DNA of 64,000 nucleotides, taken from Eledone cirrhosa (lineage: Eukaryota). Positions 42,824 through 56,092 of this stretch are shown here, in pieces. The position numbers and the translations under genes were made by a program. Each line of letters starts with the position of its first letter. The stretch's first letter is position 1. Under the pieces are notes generated by a model that saw nothing but the letters and a program-made list of their open reading frames with translations, was not told the origin of the DNA and searched no databases. The DNA lies in NCBI GenBank assembly GCA_964016885.1, contig CAXHJY010001412.1, positions 1 through 64,000 on the forward strand. Reading direction: 5' to 3'.

Positions 42824-43380
42824 AAATGTTAATAAAATGTGTGTGTATCTGCACCAGTCACAGCAAACATTATATCGACACTGTTTATAAAGAACTGAAG
42901 AAAGCAAAGTCCCTCGATAATCAATACACCTTGCATCGTAGAAGTTCAACAAATACTTAGTGGTATATACCAAACTTAGAAAATAAAGTATGGGTGGACA
43001 TCAGGGAAAGCATCCAGCCATAGAAAACTTGCTATAAAAATCTTATCTTTTGTCTTGCTGGCATGGAAAAAGTTGACATACAAGTGATGTCAAGACAATT
43101 TTTAAAGTGTACCTGATCAACAAAACAAAGAAATATTATTTCTTTGTGGTTCAGTAAAGTATGAAGGGAATCTTTACAATTGGTGTAACAATATGAAAAT
43201 TGCTTTACAATTGGTGTAACAATGTAAATTGCTTCATAATTGGTGTAACTATATGTAAATTGCTTTCAAACCCGACACCATGGGAAAAAATGAATGAAAA
43301 CAAAAAGATAAATACTGAATAAATCTATACATAACAAACCAACAAGGGAGCTCTTTAGCAATTAATAATAATTTAACAAT

Positions 43381-43680
43381 TAATAATAATCGTTTCTACT
43401 TTTGGCACAAGGCCAGCAATTATCCCAGTGTATTACTGGTACTTTATTTTATCGACCCCCTCGGCAGGATTTGAACTCAGACCATAAAGAGCCGTAACTC
43501 TATGTTGCAAAGAATAATGGCGTCCGACCCTCTACTGTAAGGCACAAGGCGACCAATTTTGGGGGAGAGGAAAGTCAATTAAATCAACCCCAGTGTATTA
43601 CTGGTACTTTAATTTATTGACCCCGGAAGAATGAAAGGCAAAGCTAACCTCAGAACATAAAGGGCCGTAACTCTATGCCA
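43381..43680 (-). mobile_element. Two adjacent partially deleted family 1 SINEs
   Basis: GGCACAAGG...CTGGTACTTTA occurs twice (~43405 and ~43541). Confidence 0.75.
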
Positions 43681-43946
43681 CAAGAAGAAAGAAAAAAGGT
43701 ACAATATGGTTTTAGGTCTGCTCCATCAAGTTTGACTTGGGGCTAAACAACAATGCACATCCATAATGAGCTGATGAAATTGCTCACCCTTCTAGAATTA
43801 GAATAATTTAATGTATGTTGGAATGATCATTACTGGAACGTCTATAATCATAAGTCCAATGGAAAGTGAGCGTATTTAAACAACAGCATACATTCATAAT
43901 TTCAGTTCAGATTTATATGAACTCTATAAACATACTGTTTAAAGAT

Positions 43947-44100
43947 AAGGCATGGCCAAATGGTTAAAAAGTTTCCTTTGTAATCATGAGGTCGCAGATT
44001 CGAGCCTATTGTGTGGCATCTTGTATAAATGTGAGTTTGGTCAACCCAAGCCTTGTGAGTAAAAATGGGAAGAGGGAAACTGTTTGGAAGTCTATTGGAT
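43947..44100 (+). mobile_element. Degenerate tRNA-derived SINE, family 3
   Basis: A-box-like TGGCCAAATGG and B-box-like GATTCGAGCC, followed by AAGCCTTGTGAGT...GGAAACTG. Confidence 0.55.
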
Positions 44101-45442
44101 GGACTATACTTACTGGAAAGACCAGTCACACACTCTGTCATGCTGACTCTCTATGTTAAAGGTACACATGTCAGCCACTCGCATGTTAATTTCCTCAACA
44201 GGTATTTTCACTGAACAACTAGAATATTCATCGTCAAAACTAATGGAGATCCATTCCATTGTTTATAGTAAATGTGAGTTAGTAAAATACAGAAGACATC
44301 GAACTACCTGCTTGAGTTCTGAACTTAAATCTTTTATTTTATGGGGCAGAAAAATTAATTCTACTGTTTCCCAGTTCACTCCACTATAACACAGTCAATT
44401 AACAGAGTTGGCAGAACATTGGACAGAATGATTTGTGATATTCATTCCAGTGTTCTGAGTTCAACTTTGCCTTCCACCCTCTTCAAATAGTACCCTTTAA
44501 GAACATTTAAGTTATGTTCCAAGCACCAAAGTAATGAGGAAGTTAGTTATATACTAAATCTCTCCACATTCTTTATTATTTTCAGAATCCTTTGCAGTGT
44601 CTTTTGTTAGAAACAGTGGTAAAAGGGAAATTAAATAGCACAAAGAGAGTTCCTTTGCTGCTTTTTAATATATACAAGTGTACTCATGTCATCAAATATA
44701 TGATGATGCATGATAATAAGATATGAATGATTTGTAGAGAACATGAAAGACAGATCACAAGTGAGTCAAGAGGTGGTTGTGCATTAAAGACGTCACCTGA
44801 AGTATGCAGGGGAGAAGACTACAATTGTTATGGATATGTGGTGTAAATGGAGAATGTAAGCTGAACAAAAAAGTGCCACTGAATGTACTTATATCAAACA
44901 GGACCATCTTCACAGCATTATAGGCCCCAAGCAAAAGAATGTACAGGAGCCCCTATATACATAATCACAGCATACATAGATTAACATTGAGCCTCCAGGC
45001 AATTGCTCAGTACACCTATGCTTTAAGATGGCACTGATGCCAGAGGGAAAAAGTTGGTAAAAGTCAAATCTCTGAGCCTTACAGAAAAGATGACAATGGT
45101 GAGATGTTGCAAGGTACACTTAACCAATCATTGCCAGCATAGATAAACATACATTAAAATGTTTCCAATGATAACAAGGAGGATAACATACTATGGAATG
45201 ACAGTTTCTTAGAGTTCTCTTGCATTCATACATTTGGTTAAAAACTAAACACGCAACCTAAAGTTTCCATATATATTTTGACAGAAGCATTAAGACTGCA
45301 TTTCTATAAATACCTCATTTTAAACAATCAATCTTTTACATGAATCAATACGTATTGTGTATTTGTAGGGATACTTTTCTGAGCATAACTTTTTATGAAA
45401 TCTCTCTCCCATTATCTATTTCTCTTTCTCTCTGGGAAGAAA

Positions 45443-45697
45443 ATAGAGAGAGAGAAAAGAGAGAGAAAGAGCCAGAGAGAAAGGGTGAGAGAGAGAAAGG
45501 ATGAGAGAGAGAGAAAGGATGAGAGAGAGAGAAAGGATGAGAGAGAGAGAAAGGATGAGAGAGAGAGAAAGGATGAGAGAGAGAGAAAGGATGAGAGAGA
45601 GAGAAAGGGTGAGAGAGAGAAAGGATGAGAGAGAGAAAAAGTGAGAGAGAAAGAAAAAGGGTGAGAGAGAAAGAAAAAGGGTGAGAGAGAGAAAGAG
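45443..45697. repeat. GA-rich tandem repeat (18-bp unit AAAGGATGAGAGAGAGAG)
   Basis: Directly visible. Confidence 0.95.
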
Positions 45698-46033
45698 ATC
45701 AAAGAAAACTAAAGGAGGAAGAAAAACAGAATTTGATGTCACAAAAACTAGAAAGAGCAACCACCATTTTAAAGCTATTTTCCTTGCTAAAGCAGGAGTT
45801 AGCCTTGTTGACCCCATGATATGGAATCTTTTATGAAACAATTTTTACAGCCAGATGCCTTACCTGGCACCAACTCTTTTATTCAATTTTTACAACACAC
45901 AGGGATACAATGTACTTATTCTTGACCAGATATACATAGTATATGAAAAACTCATGAAGAAAAATTATCTTTTAAAATGTATATTTTAAAAGATAATTTT
46001 CATGTTCACATGTTATGGAATCAAGTTAATAAT

Positions 46034-46221
46034 TTTTTTCTACTTTTGGCACACGGCAGGCAATTATCCAGTGTATTACTGGTACTTTATCTTATCGATC
46101 CTGTAAGGATGAAAGGCAAAGTTAACCTCGGTGGGATTTGAACTCAGACTATAAAGGGCTGTAACTCTTTGCTGCAAAGCATGGCGTCCGACCCTCAACC
46201 GATACTGCCAATCCACCGCCA
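46034..46221 (-). mobile_element. tRNA-headed SINE, family 1
   Basis: 16-bp TSD GAATCAAGTTAATAAT at 46018 and 46222. Confidence 0.88.
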
Positions 46222-46529
46222 GAATCAAGTTAATAATATAAACAAGGTAGATAAAAGAATTTAAAATAAATACGGAAATATAAAAGCCTGTCAAATAAAT
46301 GCAAAATATATCTTTAAAGTATAGAGCATAAGGTAAAACATTCTATAGAATTTTAATATCCTATTATGTAACAAAATCCAAACTACAATAAAAAAAATGA
46401 CATTATCAATTTTTTCAAATAACCCATATGGTACGAAAACTACTAGTTTGCCTATATCAACAGCAGATATAACAAGGATTAAAACCATTGTATTGTGATA
46501 AAAATTCTATGAAAGAGAAGAAATTCAGC

Positions 46530-46738
46530 AACCTCGAGCCGCGTCCTCGTCAACAGGGTTCTTCAAAACACAACAGAACCCTCTGTGTTCAGAGAACATG
46601 AGGCTGCCTGTGAGACGTGGGACCGGCTGGGACTTAGCCCAGTAGACGTCCCTCCTCCTTCTTCCCCTGTTGACGTGAAGTCCCCCCAACGCACTTGGGA
46701 TGCCATCCAGTGCAGCCTGGCCTCAGACAGGCTCACGA
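46530..46738 (+). mobile_element. Internal fragment of a CRE-type (RLE) non-LTR retrotransposon
   Basis: 46678-46738 is homologous to 49809-49870 (KSPQRTWDAIQCSLASDRL). Confidence 0.65.
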
Positions 46739-47480
46739 ACGTAGACCATCACACCACCACTACGGCGATTAATGCGGTCCTTGCGGAAAAGGTTGTACCC
46801 AGTAATGCTGAAAACCCCATCACAGAGTAAGGAATGTGCCCATGTTTCCGTGACTGTGATGAAGTCAGGGTCGATGCTTCTGACGTAGGATTCAAACAGA
46901 TGTATCTTGTTGCATAAACTGCGAGCATTTAAGGACAACAATTTGTACCCTGCTCGCAGTTTATGATGGTGTGTAGAGGGTGGCAGGTTGTTCTGGCCTA
47001 GTTTCCCAGAGCTGTAGCAGTTTTCTCATTGCCAGCCACTGTGGGCAGATCACACTCAGACCAGCTGGCATCTCTCTTCCAAACCTCCAGATCTTAACAA
47101 ACCTCCAGATCTGCCCATCATCACGCAGACTAAAACTTTCATGTTGTGCTGAATTCCGATTCAAGGAAGCTGCAGCACGGAGCTTTGGACGTACATGGGG
47201 TGGTAGGCCTGGGCGTGTTCGGAAGGTAATCCGATTTTCACGCCCAGCTTTAACAGAGGCCAGATGGTATGAGATTGCCTCAGCGGGGTCCGAAAAAGAC
47301 AGCCTGATGAGTCTGGGTTTTGGACCAGGTCGACCAAGGCAGAGAGCACCCTTTGGTGGAACACAACCTAGGTCTTTGGCTGAGCTGGCAGCAAATGCCT
47401 GAAGATCAGCCTTGTCCTCCGGTACCCCAATGGCAATTACTTCATGGGTAGCAGATTCCGCAGTCTTCTCAGTGTGGAAC
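46739..47480 (-). mobile_element. CR1/L2-group LINE fragment: ORF1 C-terminus and start of ORF2 APE endonuclease
   Basis: ORF1-like VIAIGVPED...LGRPGPKPRLIRLSF; APE start SLNARSLCNK...PDFITVTETW...GYNLFRKDR...GGVMVYV. Confidence 0.8.
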
Positions 47481-47873
47481 TTTACTGTGAAAGTACAATA
47501 GCATATATAGAGTAATGTGAATGCTAAAGGGTTAAAGCATGCACTTTTTCCTAAATATTGTTTCATATATATGTACAAAATACTGTGTTTCTCAAAATAT
47601 ATATGGCTCTTTCCATCTCTCTATATATATATCTTTTAATTTGAATTATACACATATATGCCAGTAGCCATAGAAAGCTTGCGAAAGGATCAGTCGTGTG
47701 AAGGATATAACAGCCTCTTTAGTGTATAAATACACTTAGTACATCTGTAAAGTGGTTGGTGATTAAATTTTAATTGTAATATTTAATATTTGATAAGATG
47801 GATTACATCGAAACCAAGATTTTATATACTTTATAAAACTCTTATTTTTTTTTTAAATTGTTGTTCTTTTTTC

Positions 47874-48031
47874 AATAATTGTTTCTATATTTGGCACAAG
47901 GCCAACAATTACCACAGTGTATTACTGATGCTTTATTTTAACCCTGTAAGGATGAAAGTTAACCTCGGCAGGATTTAAACTCAGACTGTAAAGGGCCATA
48001 ACTCTATGCTGCAAAGCATGGCATCCTACTC
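47874..48031 (-). mobile_element. tRNA-headed SINE, family 1 (decayed)
   Basis: GGCACAAGGCCAAC...AAGGATGAAAGTTAACCTCGGCAGGATTT. Confidence 0.75.
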
Positions 48032-49077
48032 TTTCTTCAATTATGTCACTTTGATATATCAAAGAAGAAAAAAAAGATTCTTTAAATATATTTCCATGCT
48101 GTTTCCATTCTTACTTCTTTTCTATAACCTTTGTTTTGAATAGAACTTTGCTCCCTTTTAGTGAGTGAGTGAGTGAGTGAGTGAGTGAGGGAGTGTGTGC
48201 GCGCGCACATGTGCGTTTTCTTCTTTTTTTTTGTATATATATAATTATCATAAGCACAATATAAACACATGTAGAAATACACTCTCTCACACATATACAC
48301 TGAAACATTTAGGATTCTAGACAGACATGTGAGCAATACAACAGTATTAGTAATCAGAAATTAAATACATTTGGTTGTAAATTACTAAGTAGCACTAACC
48401 AGACTGTAGTTGTTGGTCAGAAATAAACATTGACATTATTGGTCAGATCTAATGTGTAGCTGGAGGGTAAAGAAAGTTGACCAAAGTGAGTCATTTCCAA
48501 AGTTGTTGTTCTTTATCAATAATTGATGTATGCATGAATGACAACATAAACATGGAAGTTTTACTTACTAATTGTTTTTGTTTTTATTGTTTAGTACCAG
48601 ATGTGTCCTATGATTTGTTTGTTTCCAGCTGTGACTGTCTCGTCTTCCCACCCACCACAACTAGACACTATATCTAGCACTACAATTTTCAATGTGTCTT
48701 TCTTTTCAAAAAGAGAGTAATGTGTGCTTTGAAGGAGATATGGCTGCCATTTTTAGCAGGTCAGACGGTTACATATATTTCCTTGATTGGTTTTAGTCCT
48801 CAATATGTAGTGACCAAGTAGATTTAATATCTGGTCAGTCCTCCATATGTAGTGATCAAGTAGACCTAAAATCTAGCACATAAACTTGCATCACCCATAG
48901 AGACCTATATGAATTGGCTATATGGTGCTCAGTGTCTGACAGCCCATCTAATCCATGCAAGCATGGAAGATAGACATTGTTTATGATTATGATGATGGTG
49001 ATATTAAAATACATGATACTTAAATTTACATAATAAAGAATATTTACTCATGAAAAGTTAAAAAAAAAAAAAAAGTA

Positions 49078-49300
49078 GGCTTATCCCAGTTTCGTGTAGC
49101 ATTAAGCAACTGAGAATATAAGTTTCACCTCTGGATAGGATTTCAGTCCAGTGCTGCCGCTATTGTCCCACCTGTGGCTGCTGCTGTTCAATTTTTCAGT
49201 GAGTGAACTGGAGCAAAGGGAAATTAAGTACCTTGCTCAAGGACACAATAACCACCCAGTGCAGAGATTGAACCCATACCATTACAATCTTAAGCCTAAC
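49078..49300 (-). mobile_element. Degenerate SINE with family 2-like core
   Basis: GAGTGAACTGGAGCAA...CTTGCTCAAGGACACAA...GATTGAACCC on + is the reverse complement of a B-box plus core. Confidence 0.6.
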
Positions 49301-49802
49301 ATGAGATGAAGGAGGAGGAGGAGGAGGTTCAACTAAAATAATTTTTGAAAAGTTGAGCCAGCAATAACAAACAGTGATAGTACTATTTGTGATTGTACTA
49401 TTTGTGATAGTAACATAGCAACTACATTAGAAATTAAAACTCTAATCAGCTACTATTTTCCTGATTGTTTATTATGTATGATACCTTTCACCTAAAACAC
49501 CCTATAAATAGATCAATATCTAAACTAGAATTCAAAGTGACTAATCTGCTGCTATGTGCCTTGTCATATTTAAAGTCAAATTTTGTTGTTATTTATCCAC
49601 CCCTATTATGTTTCCTAGATGGTAACAATGAAAAAAACAACAACACTGATAACAATGAAATGATAAAACAATGACAACAATGCTTTAGATTATTCATATA
49701 TAATCTTTCAAAATTAGACATAATTACAAAAATATCGACTACTAAATTTGATGACAGCATATGGTGTTCTATATTTGCTAGTTATTACTGGTATGGTGTT
49801 TT

Positions 49803-50767
49803 GACATCAAGTCCTCCCCAGGGTATTTGGGATGCCATCCAGTGCAACCTGGCCTCACACAGGCTAACGCACCAGCTCAACCAGCACCACCTTGTAAACC
49901 CACAGCAGTGCTTGGCTCCATGCCTTCTCTACTGCAGCTGGACAATGATAGCCCATGCATCAGGGTTTCGCTAAGGCTTGGTCTCTGGATCTACGAGCCA
50001 CGCAAATGTCATTGCGGATCCACCGTTGACTCTTTCGGCCGCCACCTGCTTTCCTGTCGTTACAGTGCCAGCGGCCCTCAACGAAGTCATAAAGCATGGC
50101 TCAGATGCTGCCAGCTTGAACCAGTGGGGCTGGTCCGAGGGGACAGCAAAAGGCCAGACGGCATGACCATCTTCCCATTCCGCTGTTGCAAACCCCTTGT
50201 CTGGGATGCCAATTACAGCAACACATTCCCCAGCAGCAACCTGATGCAGTCTGAGTAACCCAGATTCTGCTGCACTTCAGGCTGAGGAGGGCAAACTCTC
50301 CAAGTACCGGTCCCTCTCCGACAGGTTTGCAGTCAAGCCCCTAGCAGTGGAGACTTCTGGTGTCCTTGGCCCTACTTACCACCCTACTTGGCCCTACTTA
50401 CCACCACTGGCGCATTTCCCTCACCATCCTCCGGGGAAACGCCTTCTCCATTCTGTCCGCTGGGACTATGGGGTGGCCAGCACATGGGACCCCATTTGCT
50501 CATAATAGTGAAAGATGGGGAGGGCGAGAGAGATGGAGGCAATGACAGTGGGCGTTCGGCTCCTCTGTATTCAGACCTGGTGTACATGTATACTTACTGT
50601 CTTATCATATAGACATATTTATGAATATATGTATTGTTTTTTATTAGAATGTTTTTATAACATGGAATGTTAAGACTACATCTGTGACGTATACTCGAAT
50701 ATATAGTGTTCTGGTGCTATTAAGTTAGACATGGCCTGGGCCAATACTGGCCGAAACCTATCAAAGT
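49803..50767 (+). mobile_element. 5'-truncated CRE-type non-LTR retrotransposon (zinc knuckle plus restriction-like endonuclease)
   Basis: CHCGSTVDSFGRHLLSC...EPVGLVRGDSKRPDGMTIFPF...PLVWD, then PLAVETSG and ISLTILRGNA after frameshifts; flanked by an imperfect ~31-bp direct repeat. Confidence 0.85.
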
Positions 50768-51265
50768 TATATTTGCTAGCTATTATTGATATGGTGTTCT
50801 ATATATTTGCTAGCTGTGTTCAAATGAGGTTACCATCTATTGCTATATTACAGGTGTTTATGAACATTAACAGGACATTTTTTAAACTCAAGAAATAATC
50901 AAGTGTAATGTAGAGGAACAAGGTAAAAAATGAAATCTTTATTAACTGTAAAGCATTTTTTGTCAATCCCTCACACAATGTCAAAAACACAAATTAAAAG
51001 GCAGAAAATGGAGATGGGGACAAATGTTCTAAAATGGTTTCATTTAAGGGTAAAAAAAAAATCAGCATTTTCTGTCAATGTTGTTCTCTCTCAGATTACA
51101 TTTATAACAAAAAACTCAGATTACATTCATATATATATAAAAAACCACAAACCCTCCATTTCAATTCTACTTTTGAAAAGCGTAAGAACTGTGAAACCGG
51201 TAAAGGAACCAAATAAATATTCTTAAAAAGACTCAGTTGCATTTTAGATTTCATCTGTTTTCCTT

Positions 51266-51322
<57 letters not shown>

Positions 51323-51349
51323 TGTGCTCAAATCTATTTATTGGCATCT

Positions 51350-52272
51350 ATCATAATGCCCATTTTTAGAGAGAAACCCCTTGTGGCCAATAGCGGTAGG
51401 AGCTCTCTGAACTTTTTCCATCCAGTTCTAACTCTACTACTACTACACTTTGAGAGCACCCTCCTCCACTGCTGATTTTGTGACCCAGATAACAGAAGGT
51501 GTCTACTATTTCTATAGAACCATCTGGGCAGTTGAAGGTGATAGCATCCAGTGGGTCCTTGCTACTTACTGCACCTGACCATCAGCCAGATATAAAATCT
51601 ATGTTCAGATATAAAATCTGATCCCACTACATCTTTTGTGTACCCATAGATTGTATTTGGGACATAGAATGGAGTTTCTGCCTACTCCTTTCCTACACAC
51701 TGAGCATGGCCATTTCCCAGAGGGTACCTGTGCCCTATTCTCCTTTCTACATACTAGAACCTTAGTCTTAGACAAGTTGACTCTAAGGCCTTTTGATTCT
51801 AGGCCATACTTCCATGTTTGGAACTTCCTCTCTAGTTCAGCCATGGATTCAGCTATAAGAGTTAGATCATCTGCGTATAGAAGTACCCATGGGCAGCCAG
51901 TCTTAAACCCCTCTGTTATAGCCTGTAGGACAATAATAAACAGGAGGGAGTTAAGAACAGAGCCCTGTTCAACCCCTACTATTACGCTAAATTCATCACT
52001 ATATTCATCACTAATTCTAACCTTGCTGACTGTTCCTCTATACATGTATAGCTTTTCAAGCCATTCTTCTACTACTAGTTTTCTAAGAGCCCACCAGATT
52101 TAGGTGTGTGGGACTCTGTCAAAGGCCTTCTCCAGGTCAACAAAAGCTAAGTAGAGGGGTTTACTGTTAGCTAGGTACTTCTGCAATTGCCGTACAAGGA
52201 AAAGAACATCCGTGGTACTTTTAGCTGACACAAACCCAAACAGCATTTCATCTAGATCAATTTGGTCTCTGA
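51350..52272 (-). mobile_element. Internal RTE LINE fragment (RT plus PHD-like finger)
   Basis: ORF 51605-52045: QGSVLNSLLF, LLYADD, WPCSVC...WVHKRCSG. Confidence 0.92.
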
Positions 52273-53110
52273 CGTTCTAGACCCAGGATCATATATACAC
52301 CGTCTTCGACAATATATCTCTCACCTTGCTCCTGCAAGCACCCGTCGACAGAACACGGCCACACGGCTACGTAGGTAGCACCACCAGACCACTCCACATA
52401 AGAATAAAAGAACACCTCAATACTAACGCTTCCTCATTTAAGAAACACCTAGTTAAATGCAAAAACACCTACAAAACCATAACAGTTAGGATAGAAACTA
52501 AGGAAAGAAACCTCGGCAATCTTAGAATTAAGGAAGCACTAATTATAGACAAAACACAACCACCAATCAATAATAGACTAGAACTCAACACCAAATTTAT
52601 AACTTGATAGAGCTTCTAGCCCCATATTTACCCCCCCCCCACACACACACGCTTACACCTCCACTTATTCTCTCTCACACACACACATACACACACAAAG
52701 ACCAGTTCTAACACGAGATAACATCTATCCCCCACATTTACGTATAGACATATCTTCTCACTCTCACACACACACTCACATACTTACACCTTCATGCATT
52801 CTCCCACACACTTAAACAGGCATGTACAAAAAAAAAAAAAAACTTTTAAAGGGAGACTACTCTTTATCCACCTAACTTTAACTCTTTGACATTAGAGATA
52901 GAACAGATACTCTATACCATTTCCTGTCAGCATGACTTGGCAAGCTATTTAGAACACTGGTTTAACCACTTTACTTCCCTCCGAAGAAGAGATATTATCT
53001 CAAAAATTAAGGACATTTAAATAAATCTAAGGTAAAAGACTGTCAACAATATCTTTTGCATTTGCATTCTTTATTCTATGTCCATACCTGCATTGTTTTG
53101 GCTTTATTAT
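52273..53110 (+). mobile_element. Penelope-type element 3' fragment (family C): GIY-YIG C-terminus plus 3' UTR
   Basis: YVGSTTRPLHIRIKEH...HLVKC...RIKEALII...PPINNRLE* (ends 52607); CA-rich UTR; possible decayed hammerhead near 52981; boundaries approximate. Confidence 0.8.
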
Positions 53111-53300
53111 ACATATACAAACGTTTATATATATATATATACAAATATATATATACACATATATATATATACAAATATATATATACAAATATATATATAC
53201 AAATATATACATACAAATATATACATACAAATATATATATACAAATATATACATATATATATATACAAATATATACAAATATATATATACAAATATATAC

Positions 53301-55880
53301 AAAGGTCAAATGGCCTGAGGGCCACCTCCTCCCTGGAATGACGTCAATAGAACAGAGACAGACGGAATCCCTGCTGGCCCTCACACACAGGCTGTTCATG
53401 GAGCAAGCAATACTCCTCCCAACAAGAGGCGAAAATGTCCTGGACCTCTGTTTTACAAACAACGAAGTGCTCATCCACAATGTAAAGGTGACACCAACAA
53501 TTCTCTCGGATCATAACTTAGTAGAGCTAATGATATGTGGTCCAAGAGAACCAACAGAGACAAAACCACCAAGAACTCCGGGACGCTATCCAGCCTTAAC
53601 TTCTACAAGGCTAACTGGAAAAAGATTAAGAGTGAAATCCGGAAGCAAACATGGAGTGAAAACACTGCCACACAAAACACTAACAAACAATTTCAACACT
53701 TCATGACAACGATACACACCATATGCAAAAAGTTTGTCCCGGAGAAAGAGGCAAACAGACACAAAAATCTTATTCCCAGAGATAGGAAAATCCTTATGAG
53801 ACATAGAACTAAACTCTCAAACCAGTTGAATAGTCAACAAAACAAAAACAAGAAGGAATCCTATTTGAAACGTGCACTACTTGACACCGAGATTGCACTC
53901 AAACTTTCACATGAGAATGAGAGGGCAAAGAAAGAGAACAGGGCCATAGAAAACATTAAAACAAACCCTAAGGCCTTCTTTAAATTTGCAAAAGAAACTG
54001 CCTCAGTACACTGCAAGATTGGGCCACTCTTCCACACGGACGGTTCATTAACCGAAAACCCCCAAGAGATATGTGAAATACTGAACGAACAGTACAAAAG
54101 TGTGTTCACATGTCCACTGAGGCACATGCAAATAACAAAGCCAGAGGAGTTCTTTGATGCCACAACACTACATCAAGAAATGGCAACCATCAACCACATA
54201 GACATAACGGAGGAGGATGTGGTGTACGCCATTGATGAAATTAGAACAGACTCGGCTGCTGGACCTGATGGATTCCCAGCAGTTCTCTTAAAAATATGTA
54301 AGCGGGCCTTAGCAACTCCACTGAAGATGCTCTTCAGAAGCTCCTTGGCTAGCGGTGTACTACCCAGGGAGCTGAAAGAAGGCACAATATGCCCTATCCA
54401 TAAAGGAGGTAGTAGAGCGGAGGCCAAGAACTATAGGCCAGTCTCCCTGACGTCGCATATCAGTAAGGTCATGGAGCGAGTCGTCAGAAAGAAACTAATC
54501 ACTTTCCTCGAAGAAAATGACCGCCTGACTAGCACGCAACATGGCTTCCGCCCAGGAAGAAGCTGCCTTACACAGCTGCTACATCACTACGACTGGGTAC
54601 TGAGACAACTACTAGACAGCTCACATGTGGACGTGATATATCTTGACTTTGCGAAGGCCTTTGACAAGGTCGACCACGGAATGATATGTCACAAACTACA
54701 TGGACTCGGCATAACTGGAAAAGTAGGTGAGTGGCTGCATGGCTTCCTAAGGGACAGAAGCCAGGCAGTCGCAGCAAATAGGGCCCTCTCGAGGGAAACA
54801 CCGATAACAAGTGGGGTGCCCCAGGGGACAGTCCTGGGACCACTACTGTTTTGGGTGGCTCTCTCGGACATGCCCTCCGTGGTGCATGCAACAACATCCC
54901 TCACTAGCTATGCTGATGACACTAAGGTAGCACAGGCAATCAAAAACCCGGCTGACGCTGCCCTTTTACAGCAGGATCTGGATGCCATATACAGATGGGC
55001 GGAAGAAAACAACATGCAGTTTAATGCTGGCAAATTCCAAGCCCTACAATATAAACCTGCAAACACAAATATAGTGGAACACAGCTACACAGGACCAGGA
55101 GGGACCGATATCCCCGTGTCAAAATCGATACGAGACCTGGGCATAGACATGAGCGATGATGCATCTTTTTCTTCACACATCATGAAAGTGGCGACAATGT
55201 GCAGACGACTCGCTGGCTGGATCTTGAGGACTTTCCGGGCAAGAGATTGAGACACCATGTTGACACTGTGGAGGACTTTTGTCCTAAGCCGCCTGGACTA
55301 CTGCTCCCAGTTGTGGTCACCCCATAGTGTCAAACTAACCACGGAGCTTGAGGCAATCCAGCGAAGCTACACCAAGAGGATTGCCAAGATGAGGGAGACA
55401 AGCTACTGGGAGAGGCTGAAGGAACTGAACCTCTACTCCTTGGAGCGAAGACGGGAGAGATACGCAGTGATCTACATGTGGAAAATCCTGGAGGGACTAG
55501 CACCAAACTTTGGCATTGGGAGCTGGACCAACCGTCGAACAGGACGTCACTGTGTGGTGCCAAAGGTCCCGTCTTCCACATCTAGAATAAGGAGCAGGTA
55601 TTGCAACAGCCTGGGATTCAAGGGCCCTCAACTCTTCAACAGGCTGCCGAGGCATCTGCGAGACTTGCATGACGTGGAGGTGGATGTCTTTAAGAAACCT
55701 CGTTATCCAGGATCACGGATGAGCCCACAGCAAGAAACGAGGGAAAACTAAGGGCAGCAGCAACAAACTCCCTCTTACACCAGTGGCCAACCTATACAGG
55801 CTGGAGATAAAATGTGTAGCAACAAGGGCGGTGCCCCAGCATGGCCTCAGCCGGATGGCTGAAACAGGTAAAAGAGTAAA
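53301..55880 (+). mobile_element. 5'-truncated CR1-clade LINE (end of APE, RT, 3' end)
   Basis: LDLCFTN...SDHN; QHGFR, YLDFAKAFDKV, SGVPQGTVLGPLLF, YADDT, LDYCSQLWSP, LERRRERY. Frameshift near 53570 and in-frame TGA at 55248. Confidence 0.95.
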
Positions 55881-56092
55881 TATATATATACAAATATATA
55901 TATATATATATATACAAATATATATATATATATATACAAATATATATATATATATATACAAATATATATATATATATATACAAATATATATATATATATA
56001 CAAATATATATATATATATATATACAAATATATACAAATATATATATATACACAAATATATATATATACAAATATATATATATACAAATATA

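Noticed and set aside
45395-45628. ORF with (KDERER)n repeats
   Set aside because: Translation of a GA-rich 18-bp tandem repeat.
38710-47311. Other CTGATGA heptamers (~38710, ~39828, ~43771, ~47304) as hammerheads
   Set aside because: No stem II followed by GAAA, stem III and closing stem I could be formed.
55248-55250. In-frame TGA in the CR1 ORF as selenocysteine or readthrough
   Set aside because: The copy is truncated and frameshifted elsewhere; a point mutation such as CGA to TGA is the simpler explanation, as for the TGA at 15313.
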